A DNA stretch of 50,311 nt from Octopus bimaculoides (taxonomy: Eukaryota): positions 11,797,930-11,848,240 of the forward strand of contig NC_068982.1 in the NCBI RefSeq assembly GCF_001194135.2, written 5' to 3'. The notes below the pieces were generated by a model. It was not told the origin of the DNA. It made no database searches and saw only the letters and a list, made by a program, of their open reading frames with translations. Position 1 is the first letter of the stretch. Each line of letters opens with the position of its first letter. This document shows, one piece after another, positions 49,546 to 50,311 of the stretch. Made by a program: the position numbers and the translations under genes.

Positions 49546-49709
49546 CAATGGTTCCTAACCTTTTCACTGCCAAGGGCCCCTTTTATTTAAATGAGTTTTC
49601 CCACAGACCCAGGATATTGAAAGCTCTGTCAGTTTAACATGTTCATGGACCCCCAGTACTACCTTTGCGGACCACCAAGGGTCCATGGACCACCAGTGGG
49701 GAACCACAG
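49546..49709. mobile_element. hAT-type MITE (cagtggttcccaac-like ends), decayed
   Basis: Ends caatggttcctaacc / ggggaaccacag; flanks cactaagc (49538-49545) and tacttagc (49710-49717) match at 6 of 8. Confidence 0.62.
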
Positions 49710-49729
49710 TACTTAGCTATACACCCACA

Positions 49730-49732
49730 CAA

Positions 49733-49822
<90 letters not shown>
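49730..49822. repeat. (CA)n microsatellite
   Basis: Direct dinucleotide run of about 90 nt. Confidence 0.95.
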
Positions 49823-49826
<4 letters not shown>

Positions 49827-50101
49827 TATGTGCATGTGCACACACTCATATAAGCATGCATGTTATACATTCGCACATAACATGTAGAACTATAGACAAA
49901 CATGTGACATACAAAAAGAAGGAATGGTTACTTTGCATTTTAGTTATCAGCAAACAATTTCAATAAGCTTTGTCAATAAGTTTCAGAACGTATCCAATTT
50001 ATTAAAAAAGAATATTCTTTGCCACTAATCTTCATTTTTTTTCTTTAAGTTTGAAGGTAATTCTTCATTTTCCATTTTTAATATATTTTCCTTTACAGCT
50101 T

Positions 50102-50143
<42 letters not shown>

Positions 50144-50271
50144 CACGTGTGTATGTATGTATGTATGTATGTATGTATAGGCATATAGGCCACCAACATT
50201 ATTATTTTTAGGAATAATATCATTCTTTTATATTTATATGTAATATATATGTGTATGTATATACGTCTGTA

Positions 50272-50311
<40 letters not shown>

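Noticed and set aside
1-50311. CRISPR arrays, rRNA, bona fide tRNA genes, prokaryotic operons
   Set aside because: None seen; tRNA-like segments are SINE heads, and regularly recurring motifs are retroposon subrepeats or microsatellites.

Overview
Eukaryotic, AT-rich, repeat-dense non-coding DNA from a gapped short-read assembly; most of the N runs are flanked by (TA)n or other microsatellites. The repeat families and (TA)/(TG)/(CAT)/(TAA) microsatellites look like those of an Octopus genome (inference from memory, not a database match). I could not identify any intact protein-coding gene, and nearly all listed ORFs are microsatellite or N-gap artefacts. Supported content: (1) three tRNA-derived SINE families, here called A, B and D, plus a (GAT)n-tailed retroposon family C; (2) decayed LINE fragments, namely two R4/Dong-type restriction-like-endonuclease 3' ends inside (TAA)n and two RTE-type fragments; (3) DNA-transposon derivatives: a mariner deletion derivative with TA TSD, piggyBac-type MITEs with TTAA, a hAT MITE with a perfect 8-bp TSD and a possible Helitron 3' end; (4) a U6 snRNA pseudogene fused directly to a SINE 3' tail; (5) several hammerhead-ribozyme motifs of the minimal type I kind known from Penelope-like elements, the best at 25147-25239 on the minus strand with both conserved core boxes intact; (6) an unexplained 53-bp-stem hairpin. 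A few candidate exons are listed at low confidence. Repeat boundaries were set by eye and are approximate unless a TSD or TIR is given.
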